Below are positions 60,873-64,000 of a DNA stretch of 64,000 bases, piece by piece (position 1 is the stretch's first letter; each line of letters begins with the position of its first letter). The position numbers and the translations under genes were made by a program. This DNA comes from Sedimentisphaerales bacterium (lineage in GTDB: Bacteria; Planctomycetota; Phycisphaerae; Sedimentisphaerales; SM23-30). The notes under the pieces are model-generated. The model saw only the letters and a list, made by a program, of their open reading frames with translations. It made no database searches and was not told where the DNA came from. The stretch lies in NCBI GenBank assembly GCA_963666285.1, contig OY762711.1, one strand, 5' to 3'.

Positions 60873-61943
60873 ATGGCAAAAAAAGACGCAATTACATACC
60901 AGGAATCCGGCGTAAGTATCGAAGCTAACGACGAAATGGTTGATTTGATCAGCCAGAATGTTAAAAGAACACACGGTCCACGTGTTATGCACCTGCATAA
61001 TGCCTTTGCAGGTCTTTTCAGACTGGATTACGACCAGGATTTATTCAAAAAGAACTATAAGAACCCCGTTCTGGTGGCATGTACAGACGGTGTGGGTACT
61101 AAGATCAAGATAGCGGCAATGATGAAAAGGTATGATACTGTTGGTATCGATCTTGTTGCTATGAGTGTAAACGATATGATCGTTCAAGGTGCTGAACCGC
61201 TGTTTTTCCTCGACTATGCCGCTGTACACACTCTCAAACCGGCTCAGATTAACGAGTTCGTCAAGGGTATCAGTGATGGTTGTGTGATGAGCGACTGTGC
61301 ACTGATTGGCGGCGAAACCGCGGAGATGCCCGGAGTATACCGCAAAGGTGAATTTGACCTGGCTGGTTTTGCTGTTGGCGTTGTTGAAAAAGACAGGCTG
61401 ATTGCGGCTAATTATATTGAGCCGGGCGATTCTATTATAGGGCTGGCATCAAGCGGAATCCATTCCAACGGCTATTCGCTGGTACGTAAGATATGTTTCA
61501 ACAGGGAAAAACTTAGCTGTGATGACTATATCGATCAGCTGGGTGAACCACTTGGCGAAGCATTACTGAGACCTACCAAAATATATGCCAAGAGCATTGT
61601 TGCTCTGCTGAAAAAATATCGGGTCAAAAAGATAGTTAAAGCTATGGCACATATAACCGGCGGCGGACTGGTTGGCAACCTGCCGAGAGTACTGGGCGAT
61701 GAATTTGATGCGGTTCTGGACAGCAGTAAATGGGAAGTTCCAGCAATATTCAAATTTCTTCAGGAAAAAGGGCCGGTACCTCAGGAAGAAATGTACCGGG
61801 TGTTCAATATGGGAATCGGCTATGTACTGATAGTACGCCCGAAATTCAGCCGGTCAATAATGACACACCTGAAAACGCTGGGCGAGACTCCTTTCTTTAT
61901 CGGCAAGGTAAAACGAGGTACTGGAAAGGTAACTATCAACTAA
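60873..61943 (+). CDS. purM: Phosphoribosylformylglycinamidine cyclo-ligase
   Basis: TDGVGTK, GGETAEMP, SGIHSNGYSL, HITGGG, FNMGIG. Confidence 0.97.
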   Translation: MAKKDAITYQESGVSIEANDEMVDLISQNVKRTHGPRVMHLHNAFAGLFRLDYDQDLFKKNYKNPVLVACTDGVGTKIKIAAMMKRYDTVGIDLVAMSVNDMIVQGAEPLFFLDYAAVHTLKPAQINEFVKGISDGCVMSDCALIGGETAEMPGVYRKGEFDLAGFAVGVVEKDRLIAANYIEPGDSIIGLASSGIHSNGYSLVRKICFNREKLSCDDYIDQLGEPLGEALLRPTKIYAKSIVALLKKYRVKKIVKAMAHITGGGLVGNLPRVLGDEFDAVLDSSKWEVPAIFKFLQEKGPVPQEEMYRVFNMGIGYVLIVRPKFSRSIMTHLKTLGETPFFIGKVKRGTGKVTIN

Positions 61944-61974
61944 GTTTTTTAGCCGAAACAAAAAATAAACCAAC

Positions 61975-62019
61975 AAAGCCTGTAGTCAGATTAATCGATG
62001 ATTACAGGCTTTTCTGTTT
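61975..62019 (+). terminator. Probable purM terminator overlapping the comEC 3' end
   Basis: AAAGCCTGTAGTCA/TGATTACAGGCTTT stem then a T-rich tail. Confidence 0.6.
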
Positions 62020-64000
62020 GTGGCTGGTACAGATAAGGACAAAGAGAACTCAGGGCTTGCCGTTTATCAGCTGTAGGTCGGCGGGCTGAGAGAATGGCCG
62101 CATTCGGTGAAACGGCATCTACAAAATCCTGCAAAATATCTGACAGTTCGCCATGGTGCGGCAGCAAAAGATAATCAGCGGCAAGATCAACCTGCCCGTC
62201 AAGCAGCTGCCGCATAACTTCAGGAGTAATATCACCGCAAAGCAGGATGGTTTTTTCTTCAGATATAATTTTTACAACTAATGAACTCTCGTTTGCACTT
62301 TCATGTTCGCCATCAGGCGGCCATAGAACATTAACTTTTATATTCCCGCCTGTCAACCTATCATCGACAGCCAGATATGTCACAGGTATCGATTCGCGAT
62401 CTACCAGCTCCATAAACCGGTAATCACTTGCGGTGAAATGTCTACCGAAGCCGAGCGGTACAAACAGTCTGTCAATTTTGATGCGGGCGGCAACATCCGG
62501 TAAAGCACTGTAATGGTCCATATCTGAATGGGAGATAATCGCGGCATCAATAGAATTACAGCCGAGCCGGCGAAGATAAGGCACAACGGAATATTCACCA
62601 AGATCGAAATTATCGTAACTGCCGCAATCGTATAAAATAGTACCACCGTTAGGTAACTCTATAATAGTGACACAACCATGACCGGCAGGAAGAAAGTGAA
62701 GCTTTAATGTATCTGACGAAAAACGAAACGGGGCAAGCAGCATAAATGCAATCACACAGATTATCGTTATGCAGGCAGTCCGACGCAGCAATGAGTATTT
62801 TTTATAAAATGCAAACAGCAGGTTAAAAGATATACTCAGCAAATATATTATCAACAGCAATATCGGAACCGGTGCAACATTCTCGCTGGTACCGTCAATA
62901 GAGGCAAGACTTTGAGCAAGCGACAGCAGCAGCTCTCCCGGTAAGTCAAGGATCGGTTCAAGAAAAATAGCAAACGCAGGTAATACCAGGCTGACAAGTA
63001 ACCGAACAAGACCGGCCAGCATTGTCATTGATACTGGCAGAGCCATAATAACAGAGTTTAGCGGGGCCAGCCAGGCTACGCGGTTGAAATGCCAGGCAAT
63101 AATCGGTAATGATACCAGCCAGGCAACAATGCTGACTATTGAAAGCGAAATTACTGTTCGTCTCAACATGGATATTTGCCGTTGAAGCCAGGGACGATCG
63201 TCCAGCAGCGGCAAATCGTAATAATCGACAAGCCGGATCTTTTCAGGATTACGAAATATGTCGGTAAAGACCGAAGGAGTAATAATCACCAATGCCAGCG
63301 TAATGGAATATGATAATTGAAAACCTGCATCAAAAATATCAAGCGGTCGAAATATGAGGATAAGAAATGCACTGAGAGCGAGCAGGTTAACAGGCGAACT
63401 TTTGCGGCGGGAAATATAGCCCAGGCAAAAGAAAATAGATATTAGACCGGCACGAAGGACCGGACCGCGAGCTGGGACAATCAAAATAAAAACAAGAGTA
63501 ACAACAGCCGGTATCATTCCCTGCCAGAATCGATTGATACGAAACGGACGGACGATAAGCCAGATAAGACCGGTAAGCATACCTACATGCAAACCGGAAA
63601 GACTGAGAAAATGCATTGTGCCGCCGGCTATAAAAGCTTCTTTCGTCTCAGGTGAGATACCGGCCCTGTCACCCAGTAGCAACGCGGCAAACATATTGCC
63701 CGGACCGGTGCTAACTGGATTCTCTTCTGCTACCCCAAGCCGATTACGCAGTTCGGTACGAACCCGGGTCAGGCAACTGCCATAAGACATCGTTGGATTA
63801 ATGTTATGGTTTATCTTTACCAGTTCATTATGGTCAACCGAACAGGCTGCAAGAACACGAGTTTTGCGAGTATAAAATGGAGACCTGGTTTCCGCTGACT
63901 GACGACGATATATCCTGCCGGAAAGCTCTATCGAATGCGATGCTGACAGTTCTAACATTGGCTCGGAAAGGTACACCCGCACAATACCGGTAACAGGTTG
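61991..64000 (-). CDS. comEC: ComEC/Rec2 competence protein, 5' part outside the window
   Basis: HFLSLSGLHVG, GFQLSY, metallo-beta-lactamase SHSDMDH, PHHG; frame is open to the window edge. Confidence 0.92.
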   Translation of the reverse strand, partial: QPVTGIVRVYLSEPMLELSASHSIELSGRIYRRQSAETRSPFYTRKTRVLAACSVDHNELVKINHNINPTMSYGSCLTRVRTELRNRLGVAEENPVSTGPGNMFAALLLGDRAGISPETKEAFIAGGTMHFLSLSGLHVGMLTGLIWLIVRPFRINRFWQGMIPAVVTLVFILIVPARGPVLRAGLISIFFCLGYISRRKSSPVNLLALSAFLILIFRPLDIFDAGFQLSYSITLALVIITPSVFTDIFRNPEKIRLVDYYDLPLLDDRPWLQRQISMLRRTVISLSIVSIVAWLVSLPIIAWHFNRVAWLAPLNSVIMALPVSMTMLAGLVRLLVSLVLPAFAIFLEPILDLPGELLLSLAQSLASIDGTSENVAPVPILLLIIYLLSISFNLLFAFYKKYSLLRRTACITIICVIAFMLLAPFRFSSDTLKLHFLPAGHGCVTIIELPNGGTILYDCGSYDNFDLGEYSVVPYLRRLGCNSIDAAIISHSDMDHYSALPDVAARIKIDRLFVPLGFGRHFTASDYRFMELVDRESIPVTYLAVDDRLTGGNIKVNVLWPPDGEHESANESSLVVKIISEEKTILLCGDITPEVMRQLLDGQVDLAADYLLLPHHGELSDILQDFVDAVSPNAAILSARRPTADKRQALSSLCPYLYQPQTEKPVIID

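Overview
A 64-kb bacterial chromosomal window, probably from a planctomycete of class Phycisphaerae. The taxonomy is inferred from dockerin-like 'DxNxDxxVNxxD...WL' tags, a PEP-CTERM protein, an H-X9-DG prepilin-like domain and tandem ECF sigma/giant anti-sigma pairs; it is not proven. Housekeeping genes (rny, ymdB, ilvB-ilvN, tatD, glmS, purM, partial comEC) and nrfHA are mixed with AT-rich accessory islets (radical SAM/SPASM + membrane peptide + signal peptidase cassette, vapBC, mobile mystery A/B) and several very large secreted repeat proteins. I saw no rRNA, tRNA, CRISPR array or transposase. Main signals not explained by the ORF track: (1) a secreted FG-GAP/VCBS protein split by an in-frame UGA-UGC with a SECIS-like hairpin right behind it, a candidate selenoprotein with a Sec-Cys pair; (2) a ~360-nt highly structured GC-rich element between convergent genes that I cannot assign to a known RNA class; (3) a radical SAM / membrane precursor / S26 peptidase cassette resembling an unassigned RiPP-like system; (4) a long, possibly switchable structured leader or 6S-like RNA upstream of rny; (5) a promoter-and-terminator-delimited GGA-rich small transcript behind a LuxR regulator; (6) a multipart intergenic element present in two copies. 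Product calls come from motif recognition by eye; no searches or folding programs were run.
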